Below, in pieces: positions 52,163 through 61,381 of a stretch of DNA of 64,000 bases. The stretch lies in the NCBI GenBank assembly GCA_963817895.1, contig CAWFQB010000002.1, positions 96,001 to 160,000 of the forward strand, in the 5' to 3' direction. Both the position numbers and the translations under genes were made by a program. The stretch comes from an uncultured Chthonomonadaceae bacterium (lineage in GTDB: Bacteria; Armatimonadota; Chthonomonadetes; Chthonomonadales; Chthonomonadaceae). The notes below the pieces were generated by a model. It saw only the letters and a program-made list of their open reading frames with translations, did not search any database and was not told the DNA's origin. The first letter of the stretch is position 1; the number at the start of each line of letters is the position of its first letter.

Positions 52163-53444
52163 TTGGATACGATTTGCATACACGGCGGCAAGCCGCTGAC
52201 CGGCGCTGTCACAGTGGGCGGCAGCAAAAACGACGCGGTTGCCATCCTTGCCGGAACCCTCCTTGTTCCCGGCAAGACCGTCCTGCGCAATGTTCCCCGC
52301 ATCAGCGACGTGGACACGCTGACGGAAATTTTCCGGCGGCTGGGCGCGGTCACAACGTGGCGCGACGAGGACACGCTGGAAATTGACGCGGGCAACCTGA
52401 CGACAACCGACGACTCCCCACGACCTGGTGCGGCAAATGCGGGCCAGTTTCAACGTGATGGGCGCGCTGCTGGCGCGTTTCGGCGAAGCGTCCGTCGCCA
52501 TGCCCGGCGGCTGCGACATCGGAACGCGCCCGGTCAACTTCCACATCAAGGGACTGGAACAATTCGGCGCGAAACTGCATCTGGAACACGGCATCTATCA
52601 CGGCAAAGTGAAGCGACTGCGCGGGGCCAACATCTATCTGGAATTTCCCAGCGCGGGCAGCACGCAGCATCTGATGATTGCCGCCAGCCGCGCGCAGGGC
52701 CGAACCGTGATTGAAAACTGCGCGGCGGAACCCGAAGTGGTTCACATGGCCGAATTCCTCAACGCCTGCGGCGCGCAGATTACGGGCATGGGAACGCCGA
52801 CCATTGTGGTAGACGGCGTGGAAGAACTGCATCCGTGCGAATTCAGCATCCTGCCCGACCGTCTGCAGGCCGGAACGTATGCCATTGCGGCCGCGATTAC
52901 GGGCGGCGATGTGGTGATAAAGCGGGCCGTAGCCGAGCATCTGCGCCCCGTCATCAGCAAACTGACCGAAATGCGGCGTGGAAGTGACCCGCGAACCGGA
53001 CGGCCTGCGCGTTCGGCGCGTGGGCAAAATCTACCCGACCGACATCAAAACCATGCCGCATCCCGGCTTCCCCACCGATATGCAGCAGCCGTTTACCGCG
53101 CTGCTGACCCTGGCGGACGGCGTTTCGCATTGTGACCGAAACCGTGTACGAGAGCCGCTTCCGCTACACGACGGAATTGGAGCGCATGGGCGCGGATATT
53201 CGCGTGGAAGGGCAGACGGCGGTGATTCACGGCGTGGAGCGGTTGACGGGCGCGCCCGTGAAGTGCATGGATTTGCGGGCGGGCGCGGCGGTCGTCGTGG
53301 CGGGGCTGGCGGCGCACGGCGAAACCACCGTCACCAACCTGCACCATCTGGATCGGGGCTACGAGAACATCGTTTCCAATCTGCAATCTCTGGGCGCGGA
53401 TGTGCGGCGCAGCGAAGACGCGCAGCCGGAAGGAGTCCGACTAG
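52163..53444 (+). CDS. murA: UDP-N-acetylglucosamine 1-carboxyvinyltransferase; several indels (near 52410, 52975, 53130)
   Basis: [50 protein letters not shown] across frames. Confidence 0.92.
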
Positions 53445-54454
53445 TGTTCAGCCTCGTCCCGGAATTGGGCGTGGATTTAGGCACGGCGAATATCCTTGTC
53501 TATGTGCGCGGAAAAGGGATTGTGCTGCGGGAGCCGTCCGTCGTCGCAATCGCGGCGCACAGCAAAAGAGTGCTGGCGGTGGGCGAAGAGGCGCGGCTGA
53601 TGCTCGGACGCACGCCGGGCAACATCGTCGCCATTCGTCCCATGAGCGACGGCGTGATCGCCGATTACACGACCACGAAGAAGATGCTGGAGTACCTGTT
53701 CAACAAAGTGGTGGGCAAGCGGCAAATGGTGCGTTTCAAGCCGCGCGTTCTGGTCTGCGTGCCCTCGCAGGTGACGAGCGTGGAGCGTCGGGCCGTGATT
53801 CAGGCGGCGAAAGAGGCGGGCGCGCGCGAAGCCCACACGATTGAAGAGCCGATGGCGGCCGCGATTGGCGCGGGGCTGCCGATCTCCATGCCCGGCGGCA
53901 ACATGGTCGTGGACATCGGCGGCGGCACAACCGATATTGCCGTCATTTCGCTGGACGGCATCGTGACCAGCGAAAGCCTGCGCGTGGCGGGCAACCGCAT
54001 GGACGAGGTGATTATCCGGCACGTCAAATCCGTGTACAGCCTGATGATCGGCGACCGCACCGCCGAAGAGATCAAAACCAAAGTCGGCTCGGCGTATCCT
54101 CTGGAGCAGGAACTGAGCCTACAGGTGCGCGGGCGCGACCTGGTTGCGGGCCTGCCCAAAACCGTCGAAGTCACGTCCGTCGAAATTCGCGAAGCCCTGT
54201 CCGAACCCGTGCTGGCGATTGTGGAAAAGGTGAAGCGCGTTCTGGAGCAGACGCCCCCGGAACTGGCCGCCGACATAATCGAGCGCGGCATTGTGCTGAC
54301 GGGCGGCGGCGCGCTATTGCGCGGCCTGGACCGACTGCTGACCGCCGCAACGGGTATTGAGGTTCACGTCGCCGAAGACCCGCTCTCCTGCGTCGCCATC
54401 GGCACAGGCCGCGCGCTGGAAGAGTGGCGGGCGATCAGTGAAAGCGACTACTGA
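53444..54454 (+). CDS. mreB: Rod shape-determining protein MreB/Mbl
   Basis: GTG after [47 protein letters not shown]. Confidence 0.95.
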   Translation: MFSLVPELGVDLGTANILVYVRGKGIVLREPSVVAIAAHSKRVLAVGEEARLMLGRTPGNIVAIRPMSDGVIADYTTTKKMLEYLFNKVVGKRQMVRFKPRVLVCVPSQVTSVERRAVIQAAKEAGAREAHTIEEPMAAAIGAGLPISMPGGNMVVDIGGGTTDIAVISLDGIVTSESLRVAGNRMDEVIIRHVKSVYSLMIGDRTAEEIKTKVGSAYPLEQELSLQVRGRDLVAGLPKTVEVTSVEIREALSEPVLAIVEKVKRVLEQTPPELAADIIERGIVLTGGGALLRGLDRLLTAATGIEVHVAEDPLSCVAIGTGRALEEWRAISESDY

Positions 54455-54482
54455 GGAAGGGAAGAGGGATGAGGGATGAGGG

Positions 54483-55215
54483 ATGAAAAAGCCACGTTAC
54501 CATTGATTTTACTGACTTGGAATGTTTGTCAGCATGAGTCCGTGTCAGGCAACAGGATTCATCCCTTCCTCTTCATCCCTTATCCCTTCATCCCTCTTCC
54601 CTTCCTCCCGATGTGCGTCCCAACCACTGGGCCGCGTCGTATGTGCAGGAGGCCCTGGACAACGGCGTGATGGCGTTGCCGGACGGCAAAGAGTTTCACG
54701 GCGAGGCCAAAATGACGCATGGGCAGGCGGTGATTGCCCTTGCGAAACTGGCGCAGATGCTGGAAGCGGGAACGTGGAAAGGTGCGCCGTCGCGTCCGGT
54801 TCCCGACAGCGTGCTGAAACCGCTGGAACATGGGGATTGGAAGACGCAGCGCGTGACCCGCTACGAAATGGCAAAGGTGCTGGCGAGCATGGGCGATTAC
54901 GTGGCGCATGGCCTGCCTCGCCCTGCCCCGAACGCTAAAAATTTGGGGCAGTCCGAGATATTCCCGCCCAAACCGAAAATCGCGCTGCCCAAAACCCACC
55001 CGGCGTATGCCGCCCTGGCGTACCTTGTGGACAACAGCATGGTTCTGCCCAAATCGCCCCTGCTGACCGCTGACGAAAAGCCATTATTGGGAAGTGAGTT
55101 GAGTCATGCCGTTGCGGATATGGCGGTCGGCGTGACCAATCGCCTGACCGAAGTGGGCAAGGACGAAAACGGCGAAACGCCCGACGCCAGTTTCCACAAG
55201 AAGCCGCAAAAGTAG
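54483..55215 (+). CDS. S-layer homology (SLH) domain protein; 5' part disrupted by indels
   Basis: DVRPNHWA...V..GV...F.G...T and VTRYEMA motifs; signal peptide can be pieced together from MKK.TLPLILL.GMFVSMSPCQA. Confidence 0.75.
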
Positions 55216-55342
55216 ATCGCGCCTATTATGAATAGCCCTCAACCCCTGCCCCCTTCTCCTACAAAACGTATTTCCAATCGAAGCCGAAATACGGAACCTG
55301 GGGGAAGGGGAACCTCTTGAGAGCCGTTAGGCGTCCAGCATG

Positions 55343-55385
55343 AAAAGGACAAAGATACGGGGGTATCTTTGTCCTTTTTGTTTTA
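55343..55385 (+). terminator. Intrinsic terminator
   Basis: AAAAGGACAAAGATAC-GGGG-GTATCTTTGTCCTTTT followed by a T-rich tail. Confidence 0.8.
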
Positions 55386-55479
55386 TTTCGGGGTAGGAAA
55401 GTCGGCGGCTGGTGTGGAAAAGTAACGGTGGCTGATGCGCCGCGCCATCGTGAGACGAGTTGGAAGCAGGAGGATTAAA

Positions 55480-55701
55480 ATGGCTGTCCTTGTTACTTTA
55501 TTCGCCGCTATAGTCGCTGTAATACTGGTACTGTTGTGCCTTGTTGGGGATTATCCGTGGGAATGGTTGGTGATGAACCCTTTTACCGGAGCGCTGGGCG
55601 GCTATGTGGGTATGGCGCTTCGACACTGGATTCAGGAATCGCGCGCGGGGCGTGATGCGCGTGACGCGAGAACGTCCGGCAGCCGCGAAACCGGGAAGTA
55701 G
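55480..55701 (+). CDS. Small membrane protein
   Basis: AGGAGG RBS; two hydrophobic segments. Confidence 0.6.
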   Translation: MAVLVTLFAAIVAVILVLLCLVGDYPWEWLVMNPFTGALGGYVGMALRHWIQESRAGRDARDARTSGSRETGK

Positions 55702-55751
55702 GAACACGCCGGGGGTTGCGGCAGTGTTGAGAGGGCGAAGGAGGCACAGCA

Positions 55752-56225
55752 ATGGAGCCGAAAACGACAGACAAGCGAATTGTGAGTAAGAGCGCGTATG
55801 TGGCTATTCGTATTGCGCAAGGCAGTCTTTACGTGTCAGGAATCAGCCTGATGGCAATTGCGGGTCTGAGTTTTTTGACGTCGGCTGCATGTGGCCTCCA
55901 TTTCATGCGCTGTATTGCCCTTCTTGTGAAAACACTGGACAGAACGCTATTTGTCAACATCAGTCTTTACGGAACCGCAATGGGCATGTTGGCAGGAGCA
56001 GCGTACCTGCTTGGAAAGGCAGGGTACATGGCCGTAACAAAGGCTGAGAACCTGCCTGAATTTCTTCCTCTTACCCCTGAAACGGTCGAGGCCACTCCTG
56101 CCCTGAACAGTTTGGTACGCGCCAGTGAAGAACCGAGTCAGGTTCAGGAAGCCGTGTTGCTCCGCGCTACCATACAAGAGCAGGAAACGCCGCCTGAGCA
56201 GTTGGTACGCGCTTCTGTGGGATAG
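55752..56225 (+). CDS. Membrane protein with a triple C-terminal L(L/V)RA motif
   Basis: GGAGG RBS; 2 TM; SLVRAS...VLLRAT...QLVRAS. Confidence 0.7.
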   Translation: MEPKTTDKRIVSKSAYVAIRIAQGSLYVSGISLMAIAGLSFLTSAACGLHFMRCIALLVKTLDRTLFVNISLYGTAMGMLAGAAYLLGKAGYMAVTKAENLPEFLPLTPETVEATPALNSLVRASEEPSQVQEAVLLRATIQEQETPPEQLVRASVG

Positions 56226-56344
56226 GAGTGAGTCATACAGGCGCAAGGGAGGAACAGTTATGAGAATCGCGCTTGTCATACTGCTTGCTGTCATTGGGCT
56301 TGTGGGACTAATCGCGTCACTGGTATTGGAGGAACGCAAGGAAG

Positions 56345-57607
56345 ATGAGCCTCTCATTAGGCGATCTATTAAGGGATTGGCGAAAGAACAAGCGGCTCTC
56401 CTACAAGGAACTTGCCGGTTTAGCGGGAGTCAGCGAGGCGACGCTGGCGCGGTGGGAAAACGGGCGAACCCAGCCACGCCTGGCGGAACTGGAAGCGGCG
56501 CTGACGGCGCTGCAGGTTTCGGCAAACCAGCGGCAACAGGCTCTGGCCGGAATGCAAGCCCCGCGCGCTGTAAAGCGCCTGCGGACAGAAGCGGATGGCA
56601 ACGTCCCCGTCAGTGGCGATCTGCTCCGGGCGATGCGGATGCGCCGAGGGTGGACGCAGCAGGAGACCGCGCAGCAGGCAGGTATTTCACAGGGAACGCT
56701 TGCCAAATGGGAACGCTCGGAGGATTGGCCTGCCGTCGAGCGCCTGCATACCTTGTGCTATCTGCTGCAGGCGCAGGAGGCAGAACTGATCGCGCTGACG
56801 CAGGGGCTGCGCGTCGAGACATGTCCGTCCCCGGAACCAGACAGCCGTGAAGAACTGGAATACCGACTGGGGCAGATACTGTTCGCTTCTGCTCTGGCCG
56901 ATCTGGAATTTCTGGAGATGGAGAGGCTGCTCTGGGGGCGCGCGCAGCAGCGCGAGGCTGCGCTCGTAGACCTGAATTACGTTTATGGCTGCCATGCGCG
57001 CTTTCTGGCGGAGCGCGGGCGGTATGTGGAGGCGGCGGACTATGTGCGCCGCGCCGGACAAAGCGCGCGAGACGGGTTTCGGGATGTCGTCGGATGGCAA
57101 TCGGCATTGCTCGCCGCCGCGCGGATAGCCGGCAACAGCAGGCGGCCCGATCCAGCGCGCGGTATTAAAATACTGCTCCCGTGGCTCGACAACATACCCT
57201 CCCAGGCTTCCCTCGGACATCATGCCTGGATGTACAGTGAAGTCGCCCGCTTAATGGTCAAACTGGATTACAAAGAACAGGCGCTGGCATGCAGCAGGCG
57301 GGCCATTCGCATGGTGGAGTCAGCCAGTCCTATGGAATGGTGGCATCGTCGCGCCGATCATGTGCGACTTTTAGTGGAAATGGGGCATTACCACGCGGCT
57401 CTGGAGGAGTGTGATTGGTGCGTAAGCCACCGGGCAGTCGGCGCGGAGGGGCTTCCCCTGTGGCTCACCAGAGCGAAAACGCTGCTCGCCCTACGCAAAA
57501 CAGCGGAGGCGCGCGAACAGTTGCAGCAAATTGATGCGGGCATTAACGCCTATACTCACCTGAATCATTTTCGCGCCGAGGCGGATGCGTTGGCCGAAGC
57601 GCTCTGA
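56345..57607 (+). CDS. Regulator with tandem XRE-type HTH domains and a TPR-like C-terminus
   Basis: LSYKELA..AGVS..TLARWENG; WTQQETA..AGISQGTLAKWE; helical repeats. Confidence 0.85.
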   Translation: MSLSLGDLLRDWRKNKRLSYKELAGLAGVSEATLARWENGRTQPRLAELEAALTALQVSANQRQQALAGMQAPRAVKRLRTEADGNVPVSGDLLRAMRMRRGWTQQETAQQAGISQGTLAKWERSEDWPAVERLHTLCYLLQAQEAELIALTQGLRVETCPSPEPDSREELEYRLGQILFASALADLEFLEMERLLWGRAQQREAALVDLNYVYGCHARFLAERGRYVEAADYVRRAGQSARDGFRDVVGWQSALLAAARIAGNSRRPDPARGIKILLPWLDNIPSQASLGHHAWMYSEVARLMVKLDYKEQALACSRRAIRMVESASPMEWWHRRADHVRLLVEMGHYHAALEECDWCVSHRAVGAEGLPLWLTRAKTLLALRKTAEAREQLQQIDAGINAYTHLNHFRAEADALAEAL

Positions 57608-57770
57608 CGTAAGGCCGTGACTTGAAAACTGTTGTGTCGCGACTATTCCCGTACACTCCGAAACTTTGTCGTCAGCGCAACGGCACAGGGAAAGGCCGGA
57701 TATGAACAGAGCCACAGGAAACGCGCAAACGTCTTCTGTGGCTCTGTTCGTATCCGGCGCTTTATGGTCG

Positions 57771-58358
57771 TCAGGCGACTTTGTTGGCAGTTTTGCGGCG
57801 GCGCAGGAAGGCGGCGGCAGTGAGGGCAGAACACGTCAGGAAGGCGAGAGAAGAGGGTTCCGGTGTCACCTGGCCGGTAATGGTGGCGCTCAGGATACCG
57901 CTTGTCGCGCCTGTAAAGGTAGCCGCGCCCGTAGCCGTGAACAGGCCGGTGGCCTGGGCAAACGCCCCGGTTCCCCCGTTGAAGTTGCCATTGAGGATAA
58001 AGGTTCCGGCGTTCGTCGGGTACGGCAGGTTGAATGTCCCCGTGAAAACCCCCAACAACGTATCTGAACCTGTTCCCGACAGTGTAAGCGCGCCGTTGGA
58101 TACGGTCTGATTCTCAAAGAAAGGGTCCAGAGCGGTGGCATCGAACGTCGTAGAGATGTCTACCAGACCGTACGGGGCGTCGATACTGGTTCCCGTCCCT
58201 TCGTCATGGACAGTGGCGGCGCCGGTGGGCGTGATCGTAAACGTTCCGTTATAAGTTCCGGTGACGGGAAGCCCTTGCGCGAGGGCAGAACCACTGAGGG
58301 ATGCTGCGACGAGCAGGGTCGCTAAAAGGGGCAGGCGAACAGGACGTAGGCAACGCAT
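57771..58358 (-). CDS. PEP-CTERM sorting-signal surface protein
   Basis: Signal peptide, Thr/Gly-rich beta domain, TPEPSS + TM + RRRK. Confidence 0.88.
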   Translation of the reverse strand: MRCLRPVRLPLLATLLVAASLSGSALAQGLPVTGTYNGTFTITPTGAATVHDEGTGTSIDAPYGLVDISTTFDATALDPFFENQTVSNGALTLSGTGSDTLLGVFTGTFNLPYPTNAGTFILNGNFNGGTGAFAQATGLFTATGAATFTGATSGILSATITGQVTPEPSSLAFLTCSALTAAAFLRRRKTANKVA

Positions 58359-58440
58359 AAGCAACGGTCTCCTTCTAAAGAGAGAAACTAAAGAGAGAAT
58401 ATCAGGTCGAAGACGAAAGGACCTGTCAATAGTATCTTCC

Positions 58441-58456
58441 TGCAAGAATAATGCCA
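58441..58456 (-). promoter_or_regulatory. Candidate sigma54 (-24/-12) promoter of the PEP-CTERM gene
   Basis: TGGCAT-TATTC-TTGCA, exact -24/-12 spacing. Confidence 0.5.
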
Positions 58457-58472
58457 GGAGTGTCGCGCGTCA

Positions 58473-58510
58473 GTAACATGCGCGAAAGTGAGGTAATATG
58501 CGCGAAAGTG
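58473..58510. repeat. 18-bp direct repeat with 20-bp period (possible operator)
   Basis: GTAAYATGCGCGAAAGTG twice, plus an inverted half-site at 58516-58525. Confidence 0.7.
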
Positions 58511-58637
58511 TCGGGTTTCGCGTGTGCAATGGAGCGCGGTGTTGGGGATAGATGCTTAGAGGCGCGTGCAGGGGCGGAAAGTAGGACATAGAGGAATATG
58601 AAAGCCCTCTTTATACTCTATTATTGAGAACATACCC

Positions 58638-58844
58638 ATGTTGAACTATCGTTTACGGAACGCTTCCCCGGCTGGTATTCGGTTAGTGGGAGTGATTTGG
58701 CTGGTGTTAGGCGCAGCTCTCATCGTGACTAAATGGCACTCTCCCCGAGCGCTTCAGGGGAGTTGGAACACCCCGTTCACCTATGTCATCGAAGCGGGCA
58801 TTATCGGCATGGGATTGTACCACTTGCTGACCGGGAGACCTTAG
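58638..58844 (+). CDS. Small membrane protein
   Basis: 68 aa with two hydrophobic segments. Confidence 0.45.
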   Translation: MLNYRLRNASPAGIRLVGVIWLVLGAALIVTKWHSPRALQGSWNTPFTYVIEAGIIGMGLYHLLTGRP

Positions 58845-59140
58845 ACATTGGCGGGGCAGGAGGCGCAGAAGTGGAATCAAAGACAGGCAAGGGCTGGCGT
58901 ATGGAGCCGACCCCATCCATCCAAACGGGCAGGGCGTCACCGCACTCCAGATAGCGCGACAGCAACACCGTCCTGACATTGCAGCGTTGCTGCGCAGGAG
59001 TACAAAATAGCATAAAGACAGGGGCTATTTGTCTATCAGAGGGCGTAATATTTGGCAGGAGATGTTACTCTGCAAGGCGAACAGGCTTGCGGGTTTGCGG
59101 AGCCACTCGATTTCTATTAGGGACTCTCAACAAAATAACC

Positions 59141-59209
59141 GTTCCAGTCCGCGCAGGCGGACTTTGTTACCACAGCCGCGCAATTTATTGCGCGGACTCC
59201 AAGTGGAAC
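59141..59209. repeat. REP-like double hairpin
   Basis: AGTCCGC-GCAG-GCGGACT and CCGCGCAAT/ATTGCGCGG inside GTTCCA/TGGAAC. Confidence 0.55.
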
Positions 59210-59248
59210 AATTTAATCCTTGAGAGTCCCTTAGAGAGGAGAAAAACC

Positions 59249-60139
59249 ATGTTATTCGTAAGAAACACAGGTGTACTGTTGCTGTCCGTGGGCGCGGGAT
59301 TGGTGTTGACAGGCTATGGCGTTCATAGTCAGAACAAGCCGGCGCCCAAACCAGAGTCGCCCGGTTCCCTGTCGGGAACCATCACGGATGAGAAGAAGCA
59401 ACCCGTCAGTAACGCCTTCGCGCTGATCCGCAGCGGCGTCGTGATCACTGCCGAAGAGCAGCAAAACTCTACCATTCGCAACCCCGACGCCTCCGGGCGC
59501 AGCATCTTAGGCGGGGGCGAAGCCGCGGGACACCGCGTACAAAGCGATGCCAATGCGGGGGGCCTGTACACGCTGGACAAACTGAGGCGCGGCGTCTACA
59601 ATCTGATGGTAGAGGCGGGCAGCGGCAGCGATAACAAGAAATATCGCCCACAACGCCTCATGAGCGTGGTGGTACATTCCGGCAAAGAGACGACGCTCGA
59701 TATCACGCTGCACGAGGGAACCACGCTGGAAGAAGTGGGAGAGCCGGCAGTCAGCAACCCGGTGGCGAAGGAGCGCGGCTGGCTGGAAGGAACGCTCACC
59801 AGCGCGGAGGGTTTGCCCGTCACCAGCGCGCAATCCCTGGTTCGCGATGGGATTACCATCACGGTTAAAAAAGGCTCTGAAGCGGTGGGCAACGTCAAAA
59901 CCGATGTGATGGCGGGCGGTTTTTTCAGCGTCCAGAACTGCTATCCGGGAACCTATTCGCTGGTGATTCCCGCCGGACAGCTTCCCGGAAAGAATTATCG
60001 TCCCATGCTGCTCAGTAATGTTGTCGTGAAGCCCGGGCAACGTACCCTCCTCAACATCGTCATGCCGGAGGGAGCAGGTCTGGAGCGCGTGAGCGCGCCC
60101 CCGGTGAAGATGCAGCCGCTAAAATTGCTGACGGAGTAG
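59249..60139 (+). CDS. Secreted protein with two carboxypeptidase-regulatory-like beta-sandwich domains
   Basis: AGGAG RBS; internal duplication G.L.GT.T...PV..A...GG.Y/F...G.Y.L...K.YRP..L..VVV..G..T.L.I...EG..LE.V. Confidence 0.75.
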   Translation: MLFVRNTGVLLLSVGAGLVLTGYGVHSQNKPAPKPESPGSLSGTITDEKKQPVSNAFALIRSGVVITAEEQQNSTIRNPDASGRSILGGGEAAGHRVQSDANAGGLYTLDKLRRGVYNLMVEAGSGSDNKKYRPQRLMSVVVHSGKETTLDITLHEGTTLEEVGEPAVSNPVAKERGWLEGTLTSAEGLPVTSAQSLVRDGITITVKKGSEAVGNVKTDVMAGGFFSVQNCYPGTYSLVIPAGQLPGKNYRPMLLSNVVVKPGQRTLLNIVMPEGAGLERVSAPPVKMQPLKLLTE

Positions 60140-60391
60140 CGCAGCCCTGTCGTTGAGAAGGAATACCGTTTGTCATGGCGAACGAACACAACCCGGTGAG
60201 CGATCTTCGCAAAATCAAGCGGCGCATATACGCTTCCACATCAGCCACAATCCTGTATATATGGATTGTGGCTATTTTATATCAGGGTTGGCAGGAGATA
60301 TTGTTCTGCAAGGCGAATAAGCGCACAGGCTTGAAGTCCAGAAAGAAACCGGCGGAAACAGCGCGTTACGTGGAAAGGGAGACCAGCGAAA

Positions 60392-61314
60392 ATGCTTGCT
60401 CATGTACAGTCGAGCGCGGTGTTGGGGATAGATGCGTATGAGGTGCGCGTGGAGGTGGATGTCAGCAACGGCCTGCCGTCCATGTCCATTGTCGGCCTGC
60501 CCGACGCGGCGGTGAACGAGAGCAAGGAGCGGGTTCGGGCGGCGATCAAGAACAGCGGCTTCTTAATGCCCTACGATAAGAGGGTTACGATAAATCTGGC
60601 CCCGGCGGATGTGCGCAAGGCGGGGCCGATCTTCGATTTACCGATAGCCATCGGGCTACTGGTTGCGACGGGGCAACTCTCGGGCGAAAATCTGGAGGGC
60701 GCGATTCTGGTGGGCGAATTGTCGCTGGACGGCAGCGTTCGCCCGGTTACGGGAGCCTTGCCCATCGCGATTGGGGCGCGGGAGCGGAAGCAATCGCGCC
60801 TGTACATCCCCGCCCTGAGCGCGCGGGAAGCGGCGATTGTGGCTGGCGTGGACGTGTTTCCTGTGACCACGCTTGCGGAGATGGCGCGGGCGTTGGAAAT
60901 GCCGTCTACCCTGTCCGCGCTGCCCTGCGATTTATCCCTGTTGCAGCCGGACGCGCCGCTTTATGGACAGGATTTTCAGGATGTCAAAGGTCATGCCCAC
61001 GTCAAGCGCGCCCTGGAAGTGGCGGCTGCGGGCGGGCATAACGTGCTTTTGCTAGGTCCACCCGGCAGCGGCAAGACCATGATGGCGCGTCGCCTGCCCT
61101 CCATTTTGCCGCCCCTGACCATTGACGAAGCGCTGGAAACCACCAAATTGTACTCGGTCGCGGGTCTGCTGTCTTCGGATACCGCCCTTGTCAACACGCG
61201 CCCGTTCCGTTCGCCGCACCATACCGTTTCTACCGCTGCACTGGTCGGCGGCGGCTCGGTTCCACGTCCGGGCGAGGTGAGTCTGGCCCATCACGGCTGT
61301 TTGTTTCTGGACGA
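60392..61314 (+). pseudogene. comM: ComM/YifB AAA+ ATPase, 5' part, interrupted at Walker B by an integrated element
   Basis: [54 protein letters not shown], then abrupt loss of similarity and a stop at 61357. Confidence 0.9.
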
Positions 61315-61381
61315 CTTCAACGCTATTATGATGCCCCATGATACTGTCATGCTGTAGCCTGTGCAGCCATCAATCGCAATA

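Noticed and set aside
18098..55215. Many split genes (NHL, fba, gtaA-like, hydrolase, kinase fusion, PPC, uppP, murA, SLH) as pseudogenes or programmed frameshifts
   Set aside because: Single-base indels, often in homopolymers, hit essential genes with no in-frame stops or decay; this is typical of unpolished long-read assembly. Only the IS630 A8 shift is treated as biological.
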